Shown: positions 25,801-35,478 of the stretch, in pieces | Numbering within the stretch: position 1 is the first letter of the stretch | Layout of the letters: each line of letters opens with the position of its first letter | Source: Nemertoderma westbladi | Lineage: Eukaryota; Animalia; Xenacoelomorpha | Direction: 5' to 3' | DNA length: 64,000 bases | Assembly: GCA_032718475.1 (NCBI GenBank) | Contig: JAUCBJ010007063.1 | Span: 1 to 64,000 of the forward strand | The notes under the pieces: model-generated | What the model saw: the letters and a program-made list of their open reading frames with translations, nothing else | Database searches by the model: none | Told to the model about the DNA's origin: nothing | Translations under genes and position numbers: made by a program

Positions 25801-28800
25801 GTCCTTCTTAGATGGTGAGGTAAAACTACAACTCATCAAGCAGTCCAGAGAGAAAACATCGGAAAATAAGGTAAGTGAGAAACCCGCTTCTAGGAGAAGA
25901 GTAACACCGGTGTGTTACACAGACGACGGCGAAAGCCAAGCTTCTCAAGAAGAAGACAGCGGGAAAGACACCGAACGATCTTACTACGTTGACAAAACCT
26001 CAAAAGATGTAAGTAAATACAAGGCTCGAAACAACGATAGGAGAGAACAGGTTGCTAAGACCCCTCCTCAGTCTCCTAACAGAATGCACCGAAGAAAACC
26101 CGAAGAAAGAACGAGAGTGCATCAAGTTACCCAAGGTAAAGTAAGTAACATAAAACTGAACTGTGCGCTGTGCGACGGGACCCACCGTTTGAGTGCGTGT
26201 GCGGAATTTCTAAAGAAATCCCTTGTAGACAGACGTACAGTTGTGTGGGACAAGCGGTTATGCTGTAATTGCCTCAGACCAGGACACCAACGGCGAACCT
26301 GTTACTCCGACATAAAGTGTGCAAAGTGTGGCGCGAAACATCACATCTTGTTACACAGTGAGTTCGAACGAGACAAACAGAGTCAGGTAAGTGAGCCCGA
26401 ACTACATGTCCAATTCAGTGATGTAAACGACACTGATCAGGAGTCTGAGATGGAAGGATTCTATACTGACGAATTCTCCGACGCCAACGAATCCTGTTAT
26501 CTAATCAATACCGCAGTGTATCGAGCACTTACTTATGAAAAGGACACCACCAATGAGTTCCCCCCAACAACTTTTGCCAAACAACCCTCTTGGAAAGCTC
26601 CAACTTCCAACGTAGGAATCAGAGAATTTCCTGTAGTGCAAGTAAGAATTCATGGTACTCACCACAGTTACATAGTGAACGCACTCCTTGATTCCGGCAG
26701 CACAGGAACATTCATAGATCAAGAATTAGCCGAAGACATCTTTGCTGGACAACCCAAATTCCGGACAAAATTGAATATGTCAGGAATTATGCAGGTTTGG
26801 AAATCTACCCTAACGGCAGATTACTACGTAGGTGTGTTGTCCACTCCCCAGGATAAGTTAGGAGTACAAGGAATAAGGTCGGTAAAAATGGTGGCTATAA
26901 AGAACTTCGCTACTACTCAAGCAGACCTTTATAATTGGGACGAGGATGAGAGCATCCAACATCTTAAGATACCTCGGTTCCAGACAGATTATCCTGGAGT
27001 GCAAATACTCATCGGCCAAAACGCGCACGAGGCGCTCGAAACATTGGAGAAACGGCCTGCTCAACCGCAGCCACTGCAAACCTATGCGGTAAGAACTAGA
27101 GTAGGTTGGTACTTTACTGGCCCTTCCCGCAGGACTCTCGAAGAGAGAATGCCACAAGAACGAGTAGATCATGTGAGCGATTGGAGCGAGGAGAGCAGTG
27201 AGGTGGACGAACTAACTGAGGGAACACCATACTCCTCAGATAACGATGACACTTATCAACTCTTCGATGAGGATAACACCATAGACTTACTTACAGAAAA
27301 CCAAACTTGGAAAGATCAGGTGAACCTATGTCAACTGATTCACCCATCGGAACCCATCGCTTACAATGACGAACTCAACGATGAGATAGAGCGCTGCAAC
27401 GCTAGAACTCGGGACGAACTAGCCGTACGATTCTTTACTCAGGAACTGGTAGAGCCCAATTCGTATGATAAGGCTCTATCGATAGAAGAAGAAAGAGCCA
27501 AGCAAATCCAGGAAACAACTACACGTTTTTTAAAAGACCAAGGTAGGTATGAAATCGGCCTCCCATTTCGAAAACGAGAACCTAGATTTATAAATAACAG
27601 ACCCTTGGCAGAGAAAAGAATCGCTCAATTACATCGACGCCTTACAGCTAATGCTTCAGCGAAAGAAATGTACCAAACTCAGCTGAAGAAATTTATAACA
27701 AAGGGATACGCGGAGCGAGTACCGGAAGGAACACCAGTGACTGAGAGAACGTATTACTTAACACATCATTACGTTCCCAAACCCGGTAAGCCCCATGAAG
27801 TACGAGTCGTATTCGATGGCTCTGCTCTATATATGGGCCAATCCCTTAATTCCGAGTTGTTACCAGGACCCAATTTACTCCAATCTTTGTTGGGAATACT
27901 TTTGAGATTAAGACAATATTCCATCGCGTTCGCTTCCGATATCGAAGGAATGTTCTTACAAGTCAAGGCGCTGGAGAGAGATAGAGACAGCCTGAGATTT
28001 CTGTGGTGGCCTGAAGGAGACCTCAACCAGAAACCGGTAGAGTACTGGATGACCATCCAGGCTTTTGGGATCATATCTAGCCCTTCCAACGCCTGCTCCG
28101 TAGTGCGAACCACTGCGAATGACAACAGAGACTCCTTCTCAAAGGAAGTGATAGACAATATAAAACGTAATATATACATGGACGACAATTTAAGCTCCCT
28201 TCCATCAGTAGAAGAAGCCATAGCTGTCGCGAAAGGAACGGTAGAGTGTTTGAAAAGAGGTGGATTTCGACTAACGAAATTCACTAGCAACTCCCGTGAG
28301 TTTCTGGAAGCCATACCGGTAGAAGACCGCGGAGCGAAAGATCTAGACTTAATAAAGGATGATCTTCCTGAAACCAAGACGCTAGGCTTGAAGTGGGACA
28401 CTGAAAGAGACATCCTGTTTTTTCAGTTAAAACAGCGAGATAATCCAGTTCGGACCAAACGGATTTGTTTAAGTATCCTGAGCACTTATTTCGACCCATT
28501 GGGATTTATTAGCCCAGTTATATTGATTGCTCGGAGTTTAGTACAACAGATGTGGCTTGAAAACCACTCATGGGACGATCCGCTTAAGGGAGAATTGTTG
28601 AAGAAATGGATGAAATGGGAAGATTCTCTACCTGCCATCGAGAACTTTATAATTTCCCGTGCATATTTTGGCCATGTTCTTCCTACGTATTCCTATCAAC
28701 TCCATGTGTTTGGAGACGCCAGCGACATGGGAATAGGTATAGTAGCATATCTGCGAGTCGAAACTCCGGATGGAATCAAGGTCGCCTTGGTTACCTCTAA

Positions 28801-29923
28801 GGCACTGATTAACAACAAGTTAAAGGTTCCTCGAGCGGAGTTAAAAGCGGCTTTATACGCTACAGCCATCGGCCGGAACGTAACGGAACAAATCGATTAC
28901 CCACTGGAGAAAACGGTTTATTGGACCGACGCTTTACTGGTGTTGGAATATCTAACCAATGAAGTCTGTCAGTTCAGCGTTTTTGTTACTAACAGGGTAG
29001 CTATTATTCTTAGTCGCACAAAGATAGATCAATGGAGACATTGCCCTGGTACGATTAATCCAGCCGATATCGCCTCCAGGGGAGCAACTCCACAGGAACT
29101 GATAGATACTCCAGATTGGTTGGGTGGACCCGACTTCCTGAGCAAGGAAGAGGACGAATGGCCTCCTCACCTTACTACGGCGGAAATTAGACAAGCCAAG
29201 GGAGCGGAGACCGTCAAACCAAAAACCCGGGCGAGTAAATCGAAGTTATTTAAACCGACTATCGATCTATCTGTATTACATGTTTCCGGAAACGATGATT
29301 TGGATCCACAATCCCTCGCTATAAATAAGTCTGTTGCGGAAATTCGAGATAGAGATTGGAAATCTGGAATACCAGACGTCTCGCAAGGAATCTCACCCCT
29401 GCTGCAGAGAGCGATGCATCACTACAGTTCCTGGAATCGGCTCTGTAAAGCCGTCACATATTTAAAGAGATGCTTTCATCATCAATACTCCAGGGCGAAG
29501 ACCACTAGTGATAACGCTCCATTGACATCTGCACAAGTTCATGTTATTAAAAACTTACCTAAATATAAGGTATCTGACAGTTTTCTAAAGGAGAAAATTA
29601 GTCACCAGGAGCATGAAGAGACCAATAAACAGATACTGAGACTCCTGCAATGCTATGAGGATTCCGAAAAGTATTTCCTGTTGTTGAGAAATCCGCAGAT
29701 GCGCTTAAGGGATCGATTCTCTAGCACAATGATAGATGGGTTAATACGTGTTGGAGGAAGGCTCACCAATGCACCCTTATCCTTTGACACTAAATTCCCC
29801 ATACTCATTAGAAATCTTGAAGTACAAATCAAGATGATTGTAGATGTTCACAGTAAGCTTTATCATGCTGGAAGAGAACGAGTTCTTAGCGAAATTCGAA
29901 CTCGCTATTATTTTGATAAGTAG
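22874..29923 (+). CDS. gag-pol: BEL/Pao Gag-Pol polyprotein (gag, protease, RT, RNase H, integrase N-terminus)
   Basis: Gag core KFNGDEMKWLPF...KLRFLIKCLEG; three knuckles CALCDGTHRLSAC, CCNCLRPGHQRRTC, CAKCGAKHHILLH; protease LLDSGS; RT SDIEGMFLQV and YMDD; RNase H LHVFGDAS, PRAELKAA, YWTDA; integrase HSKLYH. The frame breaks at ~29911-29914. Confidence 0.95.
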   Translation: MSDTQQNLSDSLIDTTICDTDRSVERLRKEFSSPPTARKVIPPVVSDPRLIQHRRSIIGTRAQVKRNQEAAVPQQQQPSQETCSQRSDSSSSSDTVELTPERGVQMAATAYSDPLLTLPAAVLTTILIAVEEHQADWARNKRATQDNYAGYAREELMSIVESQWNFPGPGLPLDLSEATWEDIHRMGVAKDTMDPAVWKRSAAGYVQGFFGSLERLEEQLFRQPQGPQEPEELLYQVRERTLRIRIILSAFEETSKRRQDTSLQVSVKTWFQRVGRKVQETDQWKSQLSERLTYEEPTDATLSGVEGEETAERPRTRDAIDIYLSDYQRFLGDEELRRRLSGLSPNSEGTQRVLDSIDAEMLAANQAEFDEKLRLTRVQEELVKKKRIEDKKAVAAAKAAASVEEAKAAAAVEAAKAVAAAKAAAAVEKAEAKAAAAAKAAAAAKAKAAEAVAEANAAATVEAAKAAAAIALADAEQRASEETTQLELENLQETQDNINKQLTASHMQMMRKSTPKRQGYTSSEESETTDPEGGGNRSRLSRRRKTSYRHKLPDLPPAVRRQLANTDLSSIEPTDQTIHVKRLPTIVDEPEIIRPVVPKVTSVLETPVLPELNSKFPLHSTTLPVPSGTVHANIPVLSIEGGVKDLSPVVPRQPATMLATPASAVEWVDEGRRGMNLLLGQMQETVHQLKGTVREGRAELQEVQQSIALECDKLVNIQKGIPIPPVTLCQPVRSEVLHAQGVEPTRIYTASEVETPIANPIKGDYKPVVNDIPYRPDNDPRNLYTDNSILNNTMAQESFTRQMARTEARQAVKVGEIVKFNGDEMKWLPFNEYYKDSIQNSVLSNGEKLRFLIKCLEGPPKIMALKFIGHPDGLRQVWDTLNIRYGNKDNIAKYLYAKLVAPRHFLSSGIIEFSDEIQEICRQLDWLGKSHEYQSSMVIGAVVSTLPKGGVCTRWDKKVLYMNEQQRRSPTMADLMSFLDGEVKLQLIKQSREKTSENKVSEKPASRRRVTPVCYTDDGESQASQEEDSGKDTERSYYVDKTSKDVSKYKARNNDRREQVAKTPPQSPNRMHRRKPEERTRVHQVTQGKVSNIKLNCALCDGTHRLSACAEFLKKSLVDRRTVVWDKRLCCNCLRPGHQRRTCYSDIKCAKCGAKHHILLHSEFERDKQSQVSEPELHVQFSDVNDTDQESEMEGFYTDEFSDANESCYLINTAVYRALTYEKDTTNEFPPTTFAKQPSWKAPTSNVGIREFPVVQVRIHGTHHSYIVNALLDSGSTGTFIDQELAEDIFAGQPKFRTKLNMSGIMQVWKSTLTADYYVGVLSTPQDKLGVQGIRSVKMVAIKNFATTQADLYNWDEDESIQHLKIPRFQTDYPGVQILIGQNAHEALETLEKRPAQPQPLQTYAVRTRVGWYFTGPSRRTLEERMPQERVDHVSDWSEESSEVDELTEGTPYSSDNDDTYQLFDEDNTIDLLTENQTWKDQVNLCQLIHPSEPIAYNDELNDEIERCNARTRDELAVRFFTQELVEPNSYDKALSIEEERAKQIQETTTRFLKDQGRYEIGLPFRKREPRFINNRPLAEKRIAQLHRRLTANASAKEMYQTQLKKFITKGYAERVPEGTPVTERTYYLTHHYVPKPGKPHEVRVVFDGSALYMGQSLNSELLPGPNLLQSLLGILLRLRQYSIAFASDIEGMFLQVKALERDRDSLRFLWWPEGDLNQKPVEYWMTIQAFGIISSPSNACSVVRTTANDNRDSFSKEVIDNIKRNIYMDDNLSSLPSVEEAIAVAKGTVECLKRGGFRLTKFTSNSREFLEAIPVEDRGAKDLDLIKDDLPETKTLGLKWDTERDILFFQLKQRDNPVRTKRICLSILSTYFDPLGFISPVILIARSLVQQMWLENHSWDDPLKGELLKKWMKWEDSLPAIENFIISRAYFGHVLPTYSYQLHVFGDASDMGIGIVAYLRVETPDGIKVALVTSKALINNKLKVPRAELKAALYATAIGRNVTEQIDYPLEKTVYWTDALLVLEYLTNEVCQFSVFVTNRVAIILSRTKIDQWRHCPGTINPADIASRGATPQELIDTPDWLGGPDFLSKEEDEWPPHLTTAEIRQAKGAETVKPKTRASKSKLFKPTIDLSVLHVSGNDDLDPQSLAINKSVAEIRDRDWKSGIPDVSQGISPLLQRAMHHYSSWNRLCKAVTYLKRCFHHQYSRAKTTSDNAPLTSAQVHVIKNLPKYKVSDSFLKEKISHQEHEETNKQILRLLQCYEDSEKYFLLLRNPQMRLRDRFSSTMIDGLIRVGGRLTNAPLSFDTKFPILIRNLEVQIKMIVDVHSKLYHAGRERVLSEIRTRYYFDK

Positions 29924-31055
29924 AGCTCTGAACCAAGTTCTTAGGAACTGCATACCCTGTAGGAAAGCATTCAGTAGGCCTTTAACACAGCGAGAGGCAG
30001 AATTACCTAGGGAACGAGTAAGCTTCTATGAACCACCTTTTACTAATACTGGTGTAGATTTATTTGGCCCTATTGAAGTATATTGTGCGAGGACTATAGT
30101 CAAGAGATGGTGTGTCATCTTCGTGTGCATGACTTGCAGAGCCATCCATCTCGATATGGTGAACGATCTATCTACCAACAGTTTCGTCTTAAGTTTACGA
30201 CGACAGATCGCTCGCTTCGGTACGAGTAATACCATGAGATCGGACAAGGGAACGAACTTCATTGGTGCCAACAACGAAATACAGGCTTACGTAAAGGACT
30301 GGAACCAAAGACAGGTGGATGACCAGCTAAGGATAACAGCGTCTAGCTGGACCTTCAACGCCGCCGACGCCCCTTGGTGGGGAGGAAGTTGGGAGAGATT
30401 AATTAGAAGTGTTAAGACCGCATTTCACTTTATAGTGCCATGCCGTGCATATCTCACCGACGAACTTTTGCGGACGTTAATGGAGGAAATAGCTGCCTAT
30501 CTCAACGAGAGACCGCTTATGCCAGTCTCATCGAGTCCCGATTCCCTGGAAGCGCTAACACCTGCGCACTTCCTACTGAAGAAACCGGTAGCCATGCTCC
30601 CACGATCGGAGATTGCCGACGGAGACGAATACTGCCGTCGAACTTGGCAACTTATGCAGTTGCTATCCCGTCGTTTCGCTGACCATTTCGAGAAACATTA
30701 CCTGCCCACACTACAACTTCGAACTAAGTGGTTTGCGCAGCAAGAAAACGTCAGCGCCGGAGATATGGTACTTATTGTAGATCCAGACCTCCCACGTAAA
30801 CGGTGGCAGACAGGTCGTATCATCAAGACCCATATCTCGGAGGATGGTTTAGTGCGTTCAGTAGAACTCATCGTTATGCGGCGTAACTTCAAGAAGCCCG
30901 GCATAATCTTTGAGACGCAACAACTCAACCGCCCAGTTGGTCGTTTATGTTTACTGGAAAGAGACAGAGAACTCTCTGGAAACTATGGAAGACAAGACAC
31001 TCTTCCCACGACCACCTCCCTAATTCCTCAAACATCTAGGGACTCCCAAACGTGA
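29912..31055 (+). CDS. pol: BEL/Pao integrase core and C-terminus (frameshifted continuation of pol)
   Basis: CIPC completes the HHCC motif; GVDLFGP, SDKGTNF and GGSWERLI form the DDE triad; GLVRSVEL and RPVGRLC are typical BEL C-terminal motifs. Confidence 0.93.
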
Positions 31056-31570
31056 TACGTCTGGAGTGGGTGTATGACTATGTTATTTATCTATTTTATT
31101 ACATTTTATATGCGAACTTTATTATGTACTTTATTATAATCGTTTTTATTCAATTTTTATTTAGTAGAATGTTATTTTAGGGATTATTTAGTAGATTAGT
31201 GCAATATATTAGTGTTTATTACGTACGTAATTACTTGCAATATATATTTAGTGCGACGGCGAGAAATAATTTTTCTCTTTCCTTACTGTCCGTAACATAT
31301 TATAAATACGTGACTACAGTAAGATGAAATACCCGTACTTCTTAAAGTACCATAAAGCCACTACTATATTCAAGTATTATTGGTAGGCAGAGTATTAGGA
31401 ATGCAAAGTTCAGATCCTCGTGTCTCGGCTAAACCAAGCTCTGGGTAGACCTTGGAAACGACTTGCCTCTTCACACTGACATTGCTTCGTGCGATATTGC
31501 TCTTCTACCTTATAACAAATAATACATATAGTAGCGTGATGTCCCTCTAACAGTAGCGTAAATCGCAAAT

Positions 31571-31860
31571 AAATCTGTTAAACTTTTTGACCATCTGTAA
31601 TTCTAGTCGATTAAGATATCGTGGCACCCACCGATATACTTGAAAGACAAATTCTAGAATCAGTGGTTAACGTCCCCAGACAAGTTCTGGAATAAATCGG
31701 TGCTCATCCTAAATATTAATTTAATATTTATTAAAATCTGTAAAATCCCGATCCTTTAAAATTTCTATTCAATTAAGATATCGCAGTATTTACCGATATT
31801 CTTAGAAGGACTATTTTATAGAATTAAGGATCCTAAGTCCCCAGATATGCTCTGGAATAA
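31571..31860 (+). ncRNA. Duplicated structured-RNA module (two ~125-nt copies) with covarying stems
   Basis: Copy 1 pairs TTGACCA/TGGTTAA, TTCTAG/CTAGAA, ATATCG/CGATAT and CCAGA/TCTGG. Copy 2 pairs GATCCTT/AAGGATC, TTCTAT/ATAGAA, ATATCG/CGATAT and CCAGA/TCTGG. Function unknown. Confidence 0.55.
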
Positions 31861-32673
31861 AATTTGTGTCAATTTAACATCAAATAATAAAATTCACGGG
31901 AATAAATTTAAATTCATATTCAAATGAATTTCATAAATTGTCATTTTGTGTAATTTATAACATTCCCAAAATTCCAGTAATTAATAGATCATGGGAGCGG
32001 AGATTCATATTGAGTGTACTAGAGTGCGAGAATCTCCAACATATAGTCAATAGCCGATAAAATTTATAAAATCATGCATAAAGAGGATATTGACAATTAA
32101 AGAATTACTATTAAATAACATCCCAGATCTGTATGCATGAGAATTACCCTAATTCTACCGCTAGTTTTCCATAATGTCACCATGGCAACACCCACGCTAG
32201 AATTAGAAGCAAGTTAAAAGAACAATAGAAAGCTTGTCCCATTGCATAGCATAGAGAATATAGCACACTGTTAGTATCCAAGGATACACAGTAATAAAGT
32301 GACATTCTGGAAGGCACTGACTAACGGACAAATGGCCTGTATGTGTACAATTGGTGACAGTTGTGTGGAATTTGTGCGTTTGTAGGTGAATGTTACTGCT
32401 AAGGTGTGTTTACAGTAGCTAGTCGCAATTGTGAAAGTAACCCAACTCTCCTATAGAAAGAACCTAAAGTGGATTCAAGCCTTTGGGACGGACAGTGGAG
32501 TGACTTGTGCCGGTTATCGTTGTCGTACTGTTGCTACATGTTGGCGTAAACACCGCGACAACGGTACATCGGCGCTGAGGATCCCACTGTCCGGGGGCAA
32601 AGAGAGGTGGGCAGCGACGTCTGCTCGCCTAAACATAAACTCATTTCGATATTAACAAACTCAGATAGCAGAT

Positions 32674-33072
32674 ATGACGGAGTTGATAGAAGATGATCTT
32701 GGTATCAAGGAGCGATATACTCTACCTTTGCAAGCATTTGTGGATAGCTTAATACGCGGTGAAGCCGATCCAACCATTACGGAGGACGATGGTCGTTATA
32801 TCGAACCGCCGATGTCCCAAGAGCAACTTGCGCGTGAATTGGACTATCGAAAATCCACCGCGCGCTATACGCATCGTAATAGTACGTATATGGACTTCCT
32901 AACTACCGGCCATCCTATCGATTTACATGATACGGACGATGTAGACACCGAAAGGGAAATGGTTCTATTTAAATATCATACCCAGCGGAGTCGGAACGAT
33001 AAACCGAGAATAGATCATGAAAATTCTATTCGTAACAGACTGGGAAGACGAACCAATATGCCTAGAATCTGA
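32674..33072 (+). CDS. BEL accessory ORF A (132 aa, acidic then basic, unknown function)
   Basis: ATG-initiated, coding-like composition, and overlaps ORF B by 56 nt. No motif recognised. Confidence 0.5.
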   Translation: MTELIEDDLGIKERYTLPLQAFVDSLIRGEADPTITEDDGRYIEPPMSQEQLARELDYRKSTARYTHRNSTYMDFLTTGHPIDLHDTDDVDTEREMVLFKYHTQRSRNDKPRIDHENSIRNRLGRRTNMPRI

Positions 33073-34123
33073 GGAGATTCAGCCTATCACGCCCCGGAAC
33101 AGCGACAACGACTATATCATCGAATGGTATCAAGGTCCACAGTGTCTCACTGCGTACGATTATCGACACGCCAACTATGTTTCTAGGCAACGTTGTCGAT
33201 TATGCGCATCGAGAGACCACGATACGCCCATGGACACCAATGTCCGCTGTTCCTATTTCCAAGAACAACCAACTATGGAAATTTATTGCGCATATTGCAG
33301 ACTCAATAACTTGCATATCTTTGCTGTTTGCCCTCAATTTATGACTCAATGTCACCATTGTCAACTAAAGGGACATGCCAGTTTCGATTGCCCTTTTAAT
33401 CACGACTTGGAAAGCGTAGATGAAATGATCACACTACGTTACATCAGAGCTTGGGAAGCGAACGCTGATTTACATTGTGATTCGCGCCATCGCTATTATC
33501 CCGGACGCGCTTATGAAGGAGTTTATGCGTTCCATCCTTATCTCTTCGCCTCGGTCGAACAGAAATCACGCATATCGAGTTACGAGCTAATAAAGCGCGT
33601 CGGAGAATGTATTTCAACCAAATTCGTACGCAAATTTCTCAGGAGTGTTAATCCTAGCGACCTTCATTCCTATAACTTAATCAATTATATCCGTCAGGAT
33701 CCGGACTATGGAGACTTATTTGTTAACTCACACTCAGAGTTACAGGAAGTATATCGGCGGCCTTACGAATACCGAGCCCGCGAACGCGAGTTAGAAAGAA
33801 CCATTAAACTCCGGAGGTTTCTAACCGCCTATGGTCCACCCACGGCCCTTGTTCAGACCACGCGTAAAGGACCCGTCAGAGCGGCTGTCTTGAAACGAGC
33901 TCTCAAAGCCGTTAGACCCCTCTCACCTGATGTCGATGTCAATCAACCCGGTACTTCGACTGGCGGATACACCGACCATAATCCTACACCCTCTGATGCA
34001 ATCATATTGCACCCTTCACCTCGGAGTTATAGCCCTCCTTGTAAAGTGGCTCGCCCCAAAGAGAAAAGGACTCTGGCTAGCTTTAAAAAATTGCGTAAAC
34101 GCCGTCCGCGCAAGAAAGACTAA
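33017..34123 (+). CDS. BEL accessory ORF B (368 aa): zinc-knuckle protein with basic C-terminus
   Basis: CRLCASRDH, CAYCRLNNLHIFAVC and a canonical CX2CX4HX4C (CHHCQLKGHASFDC, 33350-33391); C-terminal KKLRKRRPRKKD. No signal peptide or TM helix, so it is not env. Confidence 0.8.
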   Translation: MKILFVTDWEDEPICLESEEIQPITPRNSDNDYIIEWYQGPQCLTAYDYRHANYVSRQRCRLCASRDHDTPMDTNVRCSYFQEQPTMEIYCAYCRLNNLHIFAVCPQFMTQCHHCQLKGHASFDCPFNHDLESVDEMITLRYIRAWEANADLHCDSRHRYYPGRAYEGVYAFHPYLFASVEQKSRISSYELIKRVGECISTKFVRKFLRSVNPSDLHSYNLINYIRQDPDYGDLFVNSHSELQEVYRRPYEYRARERELERTIKLRRFLTAYGPPTALVQTTRKGPVRAAVLKRALKAVRPLSPDVDVNQPGTSTGGYTDHNPTPSDAIILHPSPRSYSPPCKVARPKEKRTLASFKKLRKRRPRKKD

Positions 34124-34190
34124 CTGTTTAGAGTATTTACGTATATTAGAAACTGTGATTTTTGTATATTAATAGACTCAAATCCCATTT

Positions 34191-34201
34191 TCTGGGAGCG
34201 G
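34191..34201 (+). promoter_or_regulatory. Putative polypurine tract of the BEL element (weak)
   Basis: TCTGGGAGCGG immediately precedes the TG of the 3' LTR. Confidence 0.5.
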
Positions 34202-35478
34202 TGTAAAAGCTTCTGTGGGATATAACTGGCCCCTTTGCTTCGCAATCCAGTTTCCCCCTAGGCGCTGGAATACTCTAAAAGGGTTCTCTAACTGTATATA
34301 TATTCCCCTTGCCCGCAAGGTACCGTTACAGGTGTTTTTAACGGACATAAAAGTCATTCTTCTATATACGTGTTTTAGCGGACATGGTAAGGCAAAAAAC
34401 CCGCAATACGGCAAATACTTTTACACAGCTTAGCCGTGATGATTCAGATTACGACATCTAACAGCTGGTTGCTTAAATGGAAACAGCCATTGGACGCATG
34501 GTTCTTTGTTTGGCTTCAGCCAATCAGAGCGATTTTCTCTGTCGATGTGGAGCTTTGAGCCGATCATACTGGGAGTGTTCAGTCTTACTGTTTTTTACTG
34601 ATACTTTGTTGTTATTGCTGTCTAAGCCAGAAACACCGGCTCTAGAGTTAATTGTTTTCATACTTTAAAAGAAACATTAGTAGGCTTAAATTATAGAGCG
34701 TATGACTGTTATCAGTTCAACTCAGTGCATAACAGTGCATATCACTGTACATATCGGTTCATATCATATCTTAACCTACCGTCTTAACGTTTTGCTGTTG
34801 TCATATTTTATATCAGTTGATTGAATATTATCTGGAGAACATTTATAAAGAACCCAAATTTCCCAATTTTCTTGATACACTACAGGTTAGAGAGGCGGGT
34901 TATATATATAGCGATTGCGACTTATATTATTGTGGTGTGTATTGAATTTAATGCTATTTGAGCACTACATTGGTCCGTTGCTATTTTCTTTATATATGAT
35001 AAAATTCATTGACGGTCGGCAAGTTAGTGAGCAGTATTGTGTGTTACCGGTAGTGTGCATGATTGTGACGGATAACTAAGCATTTCCTAAAGAATGCGCC
35101 TCATACGTGAATCTTAAGCCTTACCGACTTACCGTTGTGATTAGTGTAAGTCATATCTCTGTTTACCTAGATAGAGCGCCACGTCCTAAAGGAACTGTTA
35201 ATATTTCCCGAAAGTAAATAATATTAGTCAGAAATTAATTATTAACGATCAATCGAATAATACAATACAGTAAGCTTCACTGCAATAATAATTTAAGCCC
35301 TCAGAATCCAGTCTCCCGGGATTATCCAGCGGGTGAATGGACGCGCACTAGGCTGGCTTCTGCTAATGTTGTGTTTATTGGTATTAAATATTTGTCATCT
35401 TCTAAAGTATATTTATAAACCAAAAGACATATAAATTTTGGCAGGTTAAACTGCTAAAGGTCTTCAAAAGCGCGTACA
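34202..35478 (+). repeat. BEL/Pao 3' LTR
   Basis: Near-identical copy of 19369-20648, followed by the TSD CATAC. Confidence 0.97.

Larger units (their letters stand above)
19369..35478 (+). mobile_element. Full-length BEL/Pao LTR retrotransposon (16.1 kb)
   Basis: TG...CA LTRs of 1280 and 1277 bp; 5-bp TSD CATAC (19364-19368, 35479-35483); gag-PR-RT-RH-IN with BEL/Pao-type motifs. Confidence 0.97.

Noticed and set aside
31571-31860. Hammerhead ribozyme call for the duplicated structure
   Set aside because: The CUGANGA/GAAA catalytic core was not found in the expected arrangement.
33017-34123. Env interpretation of the 3' BEL ORF
   Set aside because: It has no signal peptide, fusion peptide or TM anchor; the zinc knuckles and basic tail point to nucleic-acid binding.
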